64,000 nt of DNA from NCBI RefSeq assembly GCF_037042905.1, contig NC_087245.1:35962001-36026000 (forward strand), in the 5' to 3' direction. Under the pieces are notes generated by a model. It ran no database searches. It was not told where the DNA came from and was given only the letters and a program-made list of their open reading frames with translations. Shown here piece after piece: positions 40,501 to 53,300 of this stretch. Both the position numbers and the translations under genes were made by a program. Numbering within the stretch: position 1 is the first letter of the stretch; the number at the start of each line of letters is the position of its first letter. Source of the DNA: Lytechinus pictus (taxonomy: Eukaryota).

Positions 40501-43500
40501 ATGTCAGTTACCAGCATGGTTGTGGAAAAATTATCATAGCCCCCAAAAGACAAAAACGAATTGTTTAATATTTTGACACATCTTAACCTAGTAACGGAGG
40601 TATACTTACATATTCAAATTATTACTCTATCTACTCAGGGACATGAGATATTTAAATTTTAATGAACACCCTGAAATTGCATGTCCTTTTGCGTAATGTC
40701 AGTTACCGACACATTTTTGCTTGCTGATGCGTAAAAAAATGTGGTTACATAGGAAAACTTAGTATCAGAGTATACAGCAAGGCTCACTTTATTAACTCTA
40801 TCAAAAGCAAACTCCCATCATTTATTGTTTTAGAGATACACACAATGAAAGGTGTGAAAACATTGTGCCGTGTAATGTCAGTTACCGTGAAAATGCCCTT
40901 ATGGAAATTAGATCAACTGTTGGGTCTAAGGAAAACCATATGATGTAAATGTTATGTGTTTAAGTGGAAACTTCTTTTAATTTGTGAAAGACCCCCTTAA
41001 ATAGTTTGGGTTTTTCGGCTTCAATACAAAACATAATTTTTGAATGAGCAGAAGTGGTGAAAATGGCCCCAAAGAAAATTGGAATGTTTTATCTATGTAC
41101 CTAACCATGATTTAGTGAGATCGTGAGAGTTCCAAACTTAGAAATCAATGTGAGAAAGATTAAATCTCTGTATTTTGTTGTTTTCTAGGGCCCTGTCTCG
41201 GCTGCTCTACTCAAAGCAAGGCAACAAAGGAAGCAGTGAGATTGAGTTACGCCTCCAGAGTGTCAAGGCTGCAATATCGGCAACTGCCACAAGATTCTCA
41301 GGATTCATGCAACATGTAAGATTTCAGTAAAATTATTGTAAGATTGATTTATATGGCAATATCAGAACAAAACAGTATGCATTACAATAAAAATAAATGT
41401 AGAAGTATTTTAAGGACCCTTGAACACAATATCTGGTTGCCTGGTTATCAAAGGCAGGTCTTAAGTTTCAATCATTTTCTGGCAAGGATATCTTTCTTTA
41501 TTGCCAATCAATGGAAATATACTGAATGCTCCCCACTATCAGTTTCAAGTAGTTGCATGTTGCAAGACAGAAAATTCATTACTCAAAGTTGTACACAAAA
41601 GCAATATCCTTTCAGCGATATTAAGCCAATTCTTAAAAAAAAAATTAACTGATGCTGAAACCACATTTTCTGGTAGATTGTTCCAAGGACTTATTACTTG
41701 TGCCCTTGCTGTATTTTGTTGACATTTTGGACACAATTATTTTGTAATTTGATATTGTAGGATGCCCATGAGTTCCTCTGCCAGTGCCTAGATCAGCTCA
41801 AAGAAGATGTGGAACGAGTAAACAATCCAAAGACGGACAAAGACATTCAAGAGGCTGTGTCCCCTCCCAGCCAAGTGGTACCTTCCAATCAGTCAGAGGA
41901 CAAACCCAAGTTTGCATGTGCTGTCAGTCAGAACTTTGAACTGGAAGTAGAACATTCCATTCTGTGTCAGGAGTGTGGAGAGGAAATAAGCAAGAAGGAG
42001 ACTTTCAATGATCTCTCACTGGACCTTCCAAGGACGTGGTAAATGTTTTGTTGTGTTTCTCGTAGCACTATACAGACAAACTATTACCTTGGTCATCTGA
42101 TCCCGGCTTGTCCAGACACAACATATGCACTTTCTCCACTCCCTGGGGAGTATTCCAACTTCCATAACATTTTAAGACAGGGTCCAGGGGTCTATAAAAC
42201 CAAGGATTGCAATCAATTGCTATTTGGAAATGGCAATTGAAGATTGTTGTTGTATGCTTATTTCCATTCGTGACATAATATATTTGTTCCTTACTGACCA
42301 GGAACCAATCAGAATTGTCCGGGCATGTACGTGCAGCAAATCGCAAATCTTTGTGTTACAGAGCCCATATGTGCTGGTGAACGAAGGAAGTAAAAGTGTA
42401 GTTGATGATACCTCTGTCTTTAGGTGTTGCTGGAAGACTTCCATTTTATAGACAATCATTTCTTCTGTATTTTTTCTTACCCCCTTCTTTCTCTTTCTCT
42501 CGTTATCTCTTTCATTCGTTCTCACTCCATCTCTATCTCTGTCTACCTATATCACTCTCTCTCTCTCTTTTGCTCTGTCTGTGTCTTTTTCTATATATGT
42601 ATCTTTCTGTCTCTTTCCTCTGTCTCTATCTATCTCTGTATCTATGTCTCTGTCTCTCTCATTCTCTTTCCACAGTGAGCCCTTTTCATTGCAGACGGCT
42701 CTAGATAGCTTCTGTGCATCCGAGAAACTAGAATACGCCTGTGCAAAATGTGACTGCAAAGAAGCTAAGGTGTGCCACAAATTCACCAAACTTCCCAGGT
42801 AATCTTGGTTTATATTCAGTTTATGTGCCATAAAATCACCAAACTTCCCAGGTAACCTTGGTTTATATTCAGTTTATGTGCCATAAATTCACCAAACTTC
42901 CCAGGTAACCTTGGTTTATATTCAGTTTATGTGCCACAAATTCACCAAACTTCCCAGGTAACCTTGGTTTATATTCAGTTTATGTGCCGTAAATTCACCA
43001 AACTTCCCAGGTAACCTTGGTTTATATTCAGTTTATGTGCCATAAATGCACCAAACTTCCCAGGTAACCTTGGTTTATATTCAGTTTATGTGCCGTAAAT
43101 TCACCAAACTTCCCAGGTAACCTTGGTTTATATTCAGTTTATGTGCCATAAATGCACCAAACTTCCCAGGTAACCTTGGTTTATATTCAGTTTATGTGCC
43201 ACAAATTCACCAAACTTCCCAGGTAACCTTGGTTTATATTCAGTTTATGTGCCATAAATTCACCAAACTTCCCAGTTAACCTTGGTTTATGTGCCATAAA
43301 TTCACCAAACTTCCCAGGTAACCTTGGTTTATATTCAGTTTATGTGCCACAAATTCACCAAACTTCCCAGGTAACCTTGGTTTATATTCAGTTTATGTGC
43401 CATAAATTCACCAAACTTCCCAGGTAACCTTGGTTTACGTTGACTTTATGTACCATAAATTTACCAAGCTTCCCGGTAACCGTGGTTTACATTGACCTTA

Positions 43501-46500
43501 TGTACCATAAATTCACCAAACTTCCCAGGTTGGTGTTTCATGAAGCTGTCCGTAAGATAAGAGCGACTTCAAAACAACTGGTGATCCTTATTTTTGGTAA
43601 TTGGCGATGGTCTAGCACGTAAGAAAGGTTCACCAGTCATTCTTACAGTCGCTCTTAACTTACGAACAGCTTTATGAATCGGCCCCCTGGTAACCTAACT
43701 GTGGTTTATCTGCACTTTGTCTACAAGAATTTGGTCTTCTTCTCAGATAGGCTATTAGTTTGGTCTACACTATGCTTTGTCTAATACCCACTTGGTTCAA
43801 TTCTAATTTATTTTAATGCCAAGATGGGCCATTCATCGTCTCATCATTTTTTCATTTGTCAAATGAAAATTTGATTTCATTTACGATTCCTCTCATCGCA
43901 TCTATAGACGATAACATGGTGGTTCACCGAGTGGATATTAGACCAAATATGGGTATAACGTAAGTGGAAATGGTAAATGAGAAAAAAAATGACAATTAGA
44001 CAACACCATCTGAGATGTAGGTCAATTTCATTGGATGGGTTAGGGGAGAGCAGATATGGTTAGGCCTGAAGAAGTATCCCATTGTGTCCCTGTTTGGTGT
44101 ACAGACATCATTCAGCAAGGTAGTCTTGAGGTCAAATCTGTCTTATCAAATTCTATAATTTCCGTAAATATTTTTTGAATAAAATTCCTTGAAGTGCAAA
44201 AAAGTGCAACACAATTATTCTCAAGCCAGCATAATTATTTTGCAGGGTTGAAAGGTAAGAGGGAAATGTTGTAAAGTCATCATATGAAATACATGAGGGG
44301 GATGGGCGGATTTTGCCTTGATGACAGCCCAAATAGCCCCTAAAATTCCCCCAAAAGGCATGCTTTGGGGCGACCATTCTTTCTAGAGTCGCTCCAAGAG
44401 ATCTGTCACAAAAAATATTCACGATCATGAAAAATCAATATTCTAACTATGGCAAAATAATGATATTTGCTTCTGCTGCATGATTACTGGTTATGCCTAA
44501 AAAAGTAGTTTTTAAAATGAAAGAAATAGCCCCCAAAATTCTGCAATCGCCCCAATGTGCAAAACAATAGCCTCTAAAAAATAAGAATTATTTCCGACCC
44601 TGAGTAAAGTATATGTGTTAGATGTTTGAAAAGCAAGTATAATTAATGTTATTAGCGTAACAAGATCTTGGGGGAAATAGAACTGTAGTTAACTCTAGTC
44701 CCAGGGGGGGGGGGGGGGGCAGTCAATGTATTGCTGTACACACACGTGGCCAAATTATTTCCAAACACCCCCTAAACGAGTTTTACTCTGTGTGCAAAAT
44801 AATCCCCTAAACAAGTTTTTCGTGGGCTTTTTGTACACATTTTGGCCCCTTAACAAGTTGTCGCCAGAATATGACCGCGGAGAAAAAGCTTAGGGGGAAA
44901 AAACATACCCTAAACACGTTTAGCTAGTCTTAAAAAAAAAGCTTTGGAAAAAAAAAATTCCCTAAATACGTTTGACCCTGCGATTGACCATTGACCAGTC
45001 TTTCAAAACTACCCCTTTTTTTGAAAATCTGTGTTTTTTGATACCCAATAACGAGTGCACACGCGGCCCGCGTCCAAAACTGAAAAACACCCCTTGTATC
45101 ACGTTTTTTTGGTCACGCGTGTGTACAACAAAATATTTGACTGCCCCCCCCCCTGGGACTCTAGTGGACTCCCCTTGATTGCAGTACTGAAATGATCAGA
45201 GATGATTGTTTGAAATTCGGTGCAATCAATTGAGTTGAATGCAATTTAAAGGAGAATGAAACTCTTGGAGCAAGTTAGCTTTTGTGAAAGCAGAAAAATC
45301 AAAAAATAAGATCAACAAAAGTTTGAGTAAAATAGGACTAGCAATAGAAGAGTTATGAGCATTTGAATGTCGAGATCACTAATGCTATGGAGATCCTCAT
45401 ATTGGCAATGCGACCAAGATCTATGATGTCACAGATGAACAACTCTCCCATTTTGGACACTGAAAATATACCCCAAAACATCTCTTTTTGCTCATATTCT
45501 AATCATATGACAAACGATTCATCAATGATATAATGTTGTGAAACCTCTGTACTTGTCCTCTCATAAAGAGAACACCTCACCTTGTGATAGACTCTATAAA
45601 AGTGAGAATATAAGTGAAATAAGTACTAAAGTAATGAGGGAGTTGTACGTGTGTGACATCACAGATCTTGGTCGCATTGCCAATGTGAGGATCTACATGG
45701 CATTAGTGATCTCAATATTCAAATGCTCATAACTTTCTTATTATTCATTCAATCTTCCTCAAACTTTCAACAATATGTTTCTTTGATTTTTCTCTTTTAT
45801 ATGGATTCAGCTGGTTTCAAGGGTTTCATTCTCCTTTAACTGCACTGAACTGTTACGAGCTGAACAGCTGAATTACCCTCAACTTAATCAGACATTGAAT
45901 GATTATTTTTTTTAACAGAGTTCTTATCCTCCATCTCAAACGTTACACCTACGACTCGGATGCCTCTCTAGACAGCAAGCTCAGGTCAAGTGTTGTCATC
46001 CCACGCTTCCTGACATTGGCCTTTCACACCACGAAGAATACTGCCCCACCGCCAGCAAGATCAAACCACACACAAGCTTATCATGTGTAAGTATTGACTA
46101 TAACTAGATAAAGGTTGAAGGCGGTAGAGGGTGCTAAGGAGGGCACCATAAAATTCACCAAGGGCGTTGAGTATGGAAATTCCCCCATAATTCCAATATG
46201 ATTCTCAAATTGATATTGAAGAGAAACCCCTTCGTTCTTTTGGTTGGTATTTTCATAGACCTGGGGGTGTTTCACAAAGATTTAATATGACTTAGAGTCG
46301 CACTTAAATACCAAGTTGCGTACGGTATGAAAGGCTTGACCGCACTGGTCAGATCGTGTCATGAGGACGTGCACTACTGCATATCTATCAATAAGATCGC
46401 GCGCTGCATGTCATGACACGCGTCGGCATTTAAGTACGACTAAAGTCATACTTAAATCTTTGTGAAACACCCCCCTGGTTGGTTGTTTCATAAAGCTGTT

Positions 46501-47303
46501 TGTAAGTTACAAGCGACTTTACGCACGACTGGTGATCCTTCTGGTAAATGATGCGCACCGGATTTGCATTGGTGTTAATGTAGTTCCTAAGAAAGGATCA
46601 CCCTTTTTTCATAAAGTTGCTCATAATTTACGAACAGCTTTATGAAACACCCACCTGGCGGATGAATGTATCATTTCTATTGCAATATTCTTATTGGGGG
46701 GGGGGGGCATTTACACCAGTTCATATCCTTTTACAGCAATATTTTTTGTAATCTATAGGAACTCTAATTACATTTCTATTTTATAAATTCTGTTAATCAT
46801 CCTCCCCCTTTATTAAATGTCCGACAGGGTTGTAAAAATTGTATCTAAAACTCATCACCAACAATTTGCGCATTTACATGTTGTCATTCGGCAAGTTAAA
46901 AGGTAATATTGCCGATATTATCGAAAAATGTAGTTTTTCATTTTTTACATTTTCTGATATTGAAAGCCCTTTCCGATGATGTCTTCAAAATCGCCCAAAT
47001 CACCATATTTTTGTAGCAATTTGATATTATAAGAATAAAAGGTCGAATTGCCCCCAAGTGCCAATTTTGGTTAAAGGAAGGGCAATATATAGATCACGCC
47101 CTTATACCACTCAGATAACCGTACAAATATATAGGTCGTAGAAAGGGCAATTAAACTGGTACCATTTTTTTTTTCTTCAGTTGTTGCCATTTCATGATGT
47201 ATGATCATATTTAACCACTTTAAATTGTATGAGTCACTGATTGGTCTTACCACTACCATTACCCTTCAAGAAATGCCATCTTTTGTTCAATACTGTTATT
47301 TTT

Positions 47304-47334
<31 letters not shown>

Positions 47335-50300
47335 GTCCGTTGTCACCTCTACGAGACAACATTGGGACACCTTTCAACCACAGCAGTCCTGATGAGAAAG
47401 GAGATGGTAGTAGCATCAGGAAGAAGCTGGACTATGAGAGTACCAGGTTAGTAATCTTAGGCAGTGTTTATGCTTCCACTTTTCAGGCCAGAATCAGCGT
47501 TTCCATACGTGATTAGTCCAAAACACGGTTGCGTCCATACTTACTTTCATTTAAACGACATTTCAAAACGCTGATAGTGTTTAAATGACGTCATTTGGTA
47601 CATATGCTTCCGGTGAGATGAAAATCCGCGGGCAAATGCAGTCGCATGGTACCTCCACGGTATTACCTCTCATCTCTCTTGTTACATTTGCATGTGTGTA
47701 ATAATTGATTTAAGTACTATCACTAGTATTACTCTTCCAGTTTGTCATCACGATGAATGTTGAAGGATTTACAACAATAAAACCTGGAACATGAGTTATA
47801 ATGAGGAGAAATCGCCAGATGCCCCAGTAGCATAAACAAATATATGTTTTATTATTTTATAATGTATCTCTGAAAAGTTAAGCATAAACAACACTCCCAG
47901 AACCACGTTTACGATTGGCGTTTTGAAACGACGTTTGAAAACGCTGATTCTGTCCTCGCAATGGAAGCATAAACACACCCTCAGCCAACAAAGACATACT
48001 CTGTTGAAGCCACCAAGCACTCAAGAGTGGACAGTTAATTTAATTGAAAATCTTTACACAAGTCTTAATACACATTGTCAACAGATATGCCCACATGGGC
48101 ATCTCTTCATTGATTTGAAGAAAGTCCATATTCCTTTACCAGGGGGCGTTTCATAAAGCTGTTCGTAAGATAAGAGCGACTTTAAAAACGACTGGTGAAC
48201 CTTTCTCACGCGCTAAACCATCGCCAATGAATATACCATTGACCACAAGAAAGGATCACCAGTCATTCTTAAAGTCGCTCTTAACTTGCGAACAGCTTTG
48301 TGAAACACCCACCAGTTTTGCAAATTTTTGAGCATTTTCTCATTGTCTTCCTGAATTAGTTGGCACATAAAAAAATTTTGCTTTGATTTATCTGTTACAT
48401 TCTGACCAATCTATTTTGTGATAATTACCAAAATTGGAATATATGTGTAGCTGTGGTTTAAATCAGAGGTCTAACTAGAAAAGCTTGGTACTTGGTGGTT
48501 TATCCTCCAAAATACTCATGTTGGAATGTTAACTAGGATATGGTGCTTGAGGGTGGATTAAGGGGGGTAGGATCGTGGCTTTAAATTAACCTGAATCAGT
48601 TGACGTACGAGGGTAGGATGAAGGTTATTCAACAATGTGATTGTGCGGGAGAAGAAGGAGGTATACAGATTGAGCCTTGAAGATGTTGCCTCACACTGGA
48701 AAGAGCATCCATGTCTGTTACTGTCTAGTTGAGTGTTTGCTTGGGGATCAATGTCCACTTTGCAATGTAACATTTCAAAGAAGCAGCTTAAAGCAATGCA
48801 CCTGCAGCTGTGTCTCTCTTCGAGAGAATTCCAGTCGAGTGAGTTTAGTTGGGTGACACTTGCTTCTGTCTCATTTGTACTGTATTTCAAATCGGACTGC
48901 TTGACTCATTCAAGAGAAGAGATATTTTGGAATTGGGTGTATAGGTCAAGCAGCAGAGAAAACACTCGAGCTAAGATTAAATTAGCCCCTGAAAGATTGT
49001 AAGATTCAGTTCATTACAATTGGGTTCATGTAAGTGGTGCTTTTGAAAGAACAGAAATAGGAAAGCCAAAATAGCCCCCATAATACTCTTTTTTTAAACA
49101 TTTTTTTACCCAAGGATGTGATTAAACCAACAACTTGCGCACAACAACAATGGCAAAGAAGGGCACACATTCTTCTCAGATGTCCAACATTTGCTCAAGT
49201 TTGTATTCAGTGGCTTAAAAAGAAAAGGCACATGGATATGCATTTTGACTGCATATATTAATCATCCCATTTGTGATTATCTATTTGCAGCGAAGTAGCG
49301 AAGGTATAAGAGAAAATGACTGACCTAACTTTCTGATTCCGCTCTGTTAAATGTGGGCAACATGATAATATTTGTTAGGTCTTATAACTTTCTTGGTGGT
49401 ATGAAATGCTCAGCTTCATTTTGAAAGAGAGCTGCATCCAAATCACCTCAGAAATTATATCTTGTCCCAATCACTTACACCAACTGTAATTATTTGCTTA
49501 CCATCATGGAATAATGTCTCAAACTTTTATTCCCAGTCAGTTAGAGATGGTGTTGAAGGTTTTCAACAAATGATTTACCAACATCACTACAAATTGCCAA
49601 TAGCCTCTTTACTTTTGATTTGATATCATTCTTTAAAGTTGCTTAAAGTTTTTTTAATGATAAACTTTGAGTGCATAATTTTGCTTAATATTTTAGGTCT
49701 GGCTTCAAGTTCAACCGGGGACGTTTGGCATCGGATTCTGCTAAGAAAGGATCTGAACACTTCATCAGTCGGTTTGAAACAGATATACAAGATAGTAGTA
49801 AATCTGTAAGTATGGTACCTTCTATTTCTTTTTTCATTTAGTTTTAACCCTATCTAGGCCGGGGTATTTTTGGAGATCATATGGCTGGGGGGGGGGGGGG
49901 GGCCTCCTATGAGATCTCGGCCGTCTATTGCGCAATCATGCCAAAAATTGGCATGCCGGTTGTCTGGGACATAATCTACAAAATTGTATAGTAATTTATT
50001 TCATGCAAATTGCTATTTATTGATTATGCTAATTTACATGTAGGTGTAATATAGTACGTAAAATCATGCTTTTTTCTCTAACTCCCTAAATAAAGCTACA
50101 AATGTTCAAATTTTTTGTATAAAAACTCTTTGTGATGTTCTCAGCAAATGTACAAATGACAAAAATTGCGATATCAGATCAATTTCTTATGTATTATATT
50201 GTATTTTGCAATTTCTCATGTATTTCTTTAGGTTTTTTTTACCTTTTGTTTTTTATTGTTTTTTTGATGAACTTTGTCGGGTCTCTTTTAAGATCATAAA

Positions 50301-53300
50301 CAGCATAAATAAATCCATTTGGAACCAGTAAACCTAAAAATAGTCATAGATTTATGATTTTGGATTGAAAACACAATTTGCATTGACTTTGTACAAAAAA
50401 TCATGTTTTTGAGCAATTTTTGGTCTGACATGCACTTACAAGATGTTTCATAATTTCGGAACCGCGTACCCGGGCGTCGCAAAATTGGTCTCAAAAGATG
50501 CGCAAGACTTAAAAGTAAAAAGTCGGCCTAGATAGGGTTAAACCTTGTACAGATATGGCGAGTCAAATTGCACTACTTATGCTAATATGTTTTTATTGAA
50601 CCCTTCTCCAATCTAATTTTGCAAAGGCCTTTAATGTTGAGTGCCTATCAAAAAGGTAGAAGGTCCCATTTCTTTTCAAATTGTTTGATCACATTTAGCC
50701 AGGGATTGAACCCATGGTATCCTATTCAGTAGGGGGGGGATCCTCTGCCACTTAGCCACCATATCTGACGACTCAATGGTATAAAGAGCAAATGGTACTT
50801 TTTTCCTCAAATATGCGATGAAAGAGAAAAAAAATATGTTTAAATATTTTCATAAGAAATCTTTTTTCAATTAGTTTATGTCTCAGAAGATTTTTGTTGT
50901 TGTTGACAATTTGTCTATTTGAATTTTTCATGCATGATATTTGTGTACACAATTTAGTTTTGTACTGTGTAATAATTACATTATATTGGATGGGTTAGAA
51001 TGGAATACCAGAAATATTCCAAGAGTTCGGGAAAATATTCTACTAATCGCAGATGAGTGGAATATTGGCCCTAACGAGTGGAATATTTCTGGTATTTCAT
51101 GAAATAAAGCCATCCAATATAATTATTATATTCTATCCCACCCCCCCCCTCCCCCCCCAAAAAAAAGAGGTAGCAATTTGATTTAACAAGTCATATATCA
51201 CTTATCACATTATGCCATTATCACTTCATAGGATCAAATTTGGTCGTTGACATGCGACTTGCATGTAGTTCATTATGACGTCATCGAGCGTAGTTGTGCT
51301 CTATGCTGCACATCACATTGCTTTCATTGTTGTACGCATTGTATATTTCCCCTAAACTGTTGAATATGCTCTCATATTCAATAGCAAATTTTGTACAGGA
51401 GCCTATGGGATATTCGTTGGATTTTGGTCCTTTTTAGGGATATGCTCCGATACTTCACGGGCAATTGATACAGACCAAAATATGTGTTTTTAATACATCA
51501 CTAGAACACTCTATATAGATAATAATAGTAGTTACACTAGGTGTCTAATACATCATAGTTTCATGCCAAATCTTGATATACCTGTATATCTCTTGCTTTG
51601 CATATGACAAAGTTTTCTCATTTCCCCCAGATTTTTTAAATATTTTCTTAACCCTCCCGTGACAACTTTTGCCTATTCCAAAGAAAGTACATGGACCATG
51701 TGTTTTGTGAAATTGCAGGAAAAGTCCAACAATGAAAACTTCATAGAGATGGATGAGGAAGAACAGCTTGCACGTGCCTTGGAGCTGAGTCGCCAGGAAG
51801 CAGAGGCAAGTCTTAAAAGGAAGCCTGATGAGGTTGCTATAGATGACTTTACGGATGAAGAATTGGCAAAGGCCCTTAACGATTCCATGGAGGCCGAAGA
51901 AAAGAGAGAAAAGTCCAAGGAGGAGGGCCAAGATAGTGATGATGATCTTCCAGTTGGTTTGATTGAGGATCCAGAACTAAGTGACATGGAGAGAGTGCTC
52001 TATCTTAGCAAGAAATCTCATCAAGAAGAGCATGGATTGAACGAGGATGCAGGACTTACTGACCTTGAGAGGGCGCTCCACTTGAGCAAGAGAACTCACG
52101 AGGAAGAGCTCAAGAGGCAAGGTGCTGTCAACGGAGAAGGGCCTGTAGGAACCCTTACGAATGGTGGCCTTCTCGGAGGTGCTAGGAGAAAGTTTGCTGG
52201 AAAATCCACTACTCAGGGTTCTGAAAAGTGCAATTCGATGGGAAATGTAGGCAATTCTTACACGAGAGAGGGTGGGAAATATGCAGGAAGGGATCCTGGT
52301 AAGGAGGATGGAGATTCGGTCCAAGAAGGCAATGGCTTGCTTGGTGGAGCCAAAAGATATCATCAGCAACGCTCGGCGTTTGCTACGGATGAGCCAATGG
52401 ACACTGAGGATGACCAACCCATTGCGTTTTCCTTAGACAGTACTTCCGATGAGGACCCAACTCAACCTAGCATGTGGGACTCGGACACCAATCAAATTGG
52501 ACAGAAATTAAAAGAGCTTTCCCGTCTACATGCATCTCATATCTTGCCACCAAGGGAAAGCAGTCCGGACATTGTAAACCTGGTGTCTTCTGATGAAGAC
52601 ATCCTTCGTCATCCAGGCAAGGTCAACGGCAAGAGCATTGACAATGTCGCTTTATCAAAGACACCAAACAAGGTCAGTGCCACTAGTGTCGATGATAGCG
52701 GTTTATCAAAGACACCAAACAAGGTCAGTGCCACTAGTGTCGATGATAGCGGTTTATCAAAGACACCTGACCACAGAACTGAAGGTCTCGTCAATACCAG
52801 TAGTCATCGCCAAACTTCATCTTGCAGCAAACCCAGAAGCATTCTGAATTCTCCATTGACAAATGTGCCAAAGAGTGAGACCAAATTCAATCCCAATGAT
52901 AAATCTCTTGAGGGAAATAGGGCTGACCTGTGGAAGCCGTACAATAATTTGAAAAAGAACATCTTCCAGCAGTTTCCCTCCTCTGATGAGACTAGGGCAG
53001 ATGAGGAAAAGAAAGATGATGATGATGATGGAGATGGAGATGATATCCTTGGAGAGGTAAAAGAAGAAAGGAAGCTCAGCTATGACGAGATGAAAGCCAA
53101 GGAGGAGGAAGATATTAGGAAAGCTACAGAGCTCAGTATGCAAGGTAAATCATTGCCTTTAAATTCCTAAGGACTTTAATGAAATGTCTGTGACCATCTT
53201 ACGAAAAAAAGTTTCAAGTTCCAAACTAATGTTTCTTTAGAAAATGACTCCCTGGCACTTAAACTCTAATTGTGAAAAAAAATTGTTAAGTATGTGCCCT

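Noticed and set aside
42302..42330. Extra micro-exon between exons 10 and 11
   Set aside because: Exons 10 and 11 already join in phase (LPRTCEPFSL), and this candidate would shift the frame.
42770..43530. CRISPR-like regular repeat
   Set aside because: No unique spacers, no cas genes, and a eukaryotic intron; it is a minisatellite.
51659..51718. 503-aa ORF as a stand-alone gene
   Set aside because: It begins at a non-ATG codon in the intron; the acceptor at 51717-51718 makes it USP37 exon 15.
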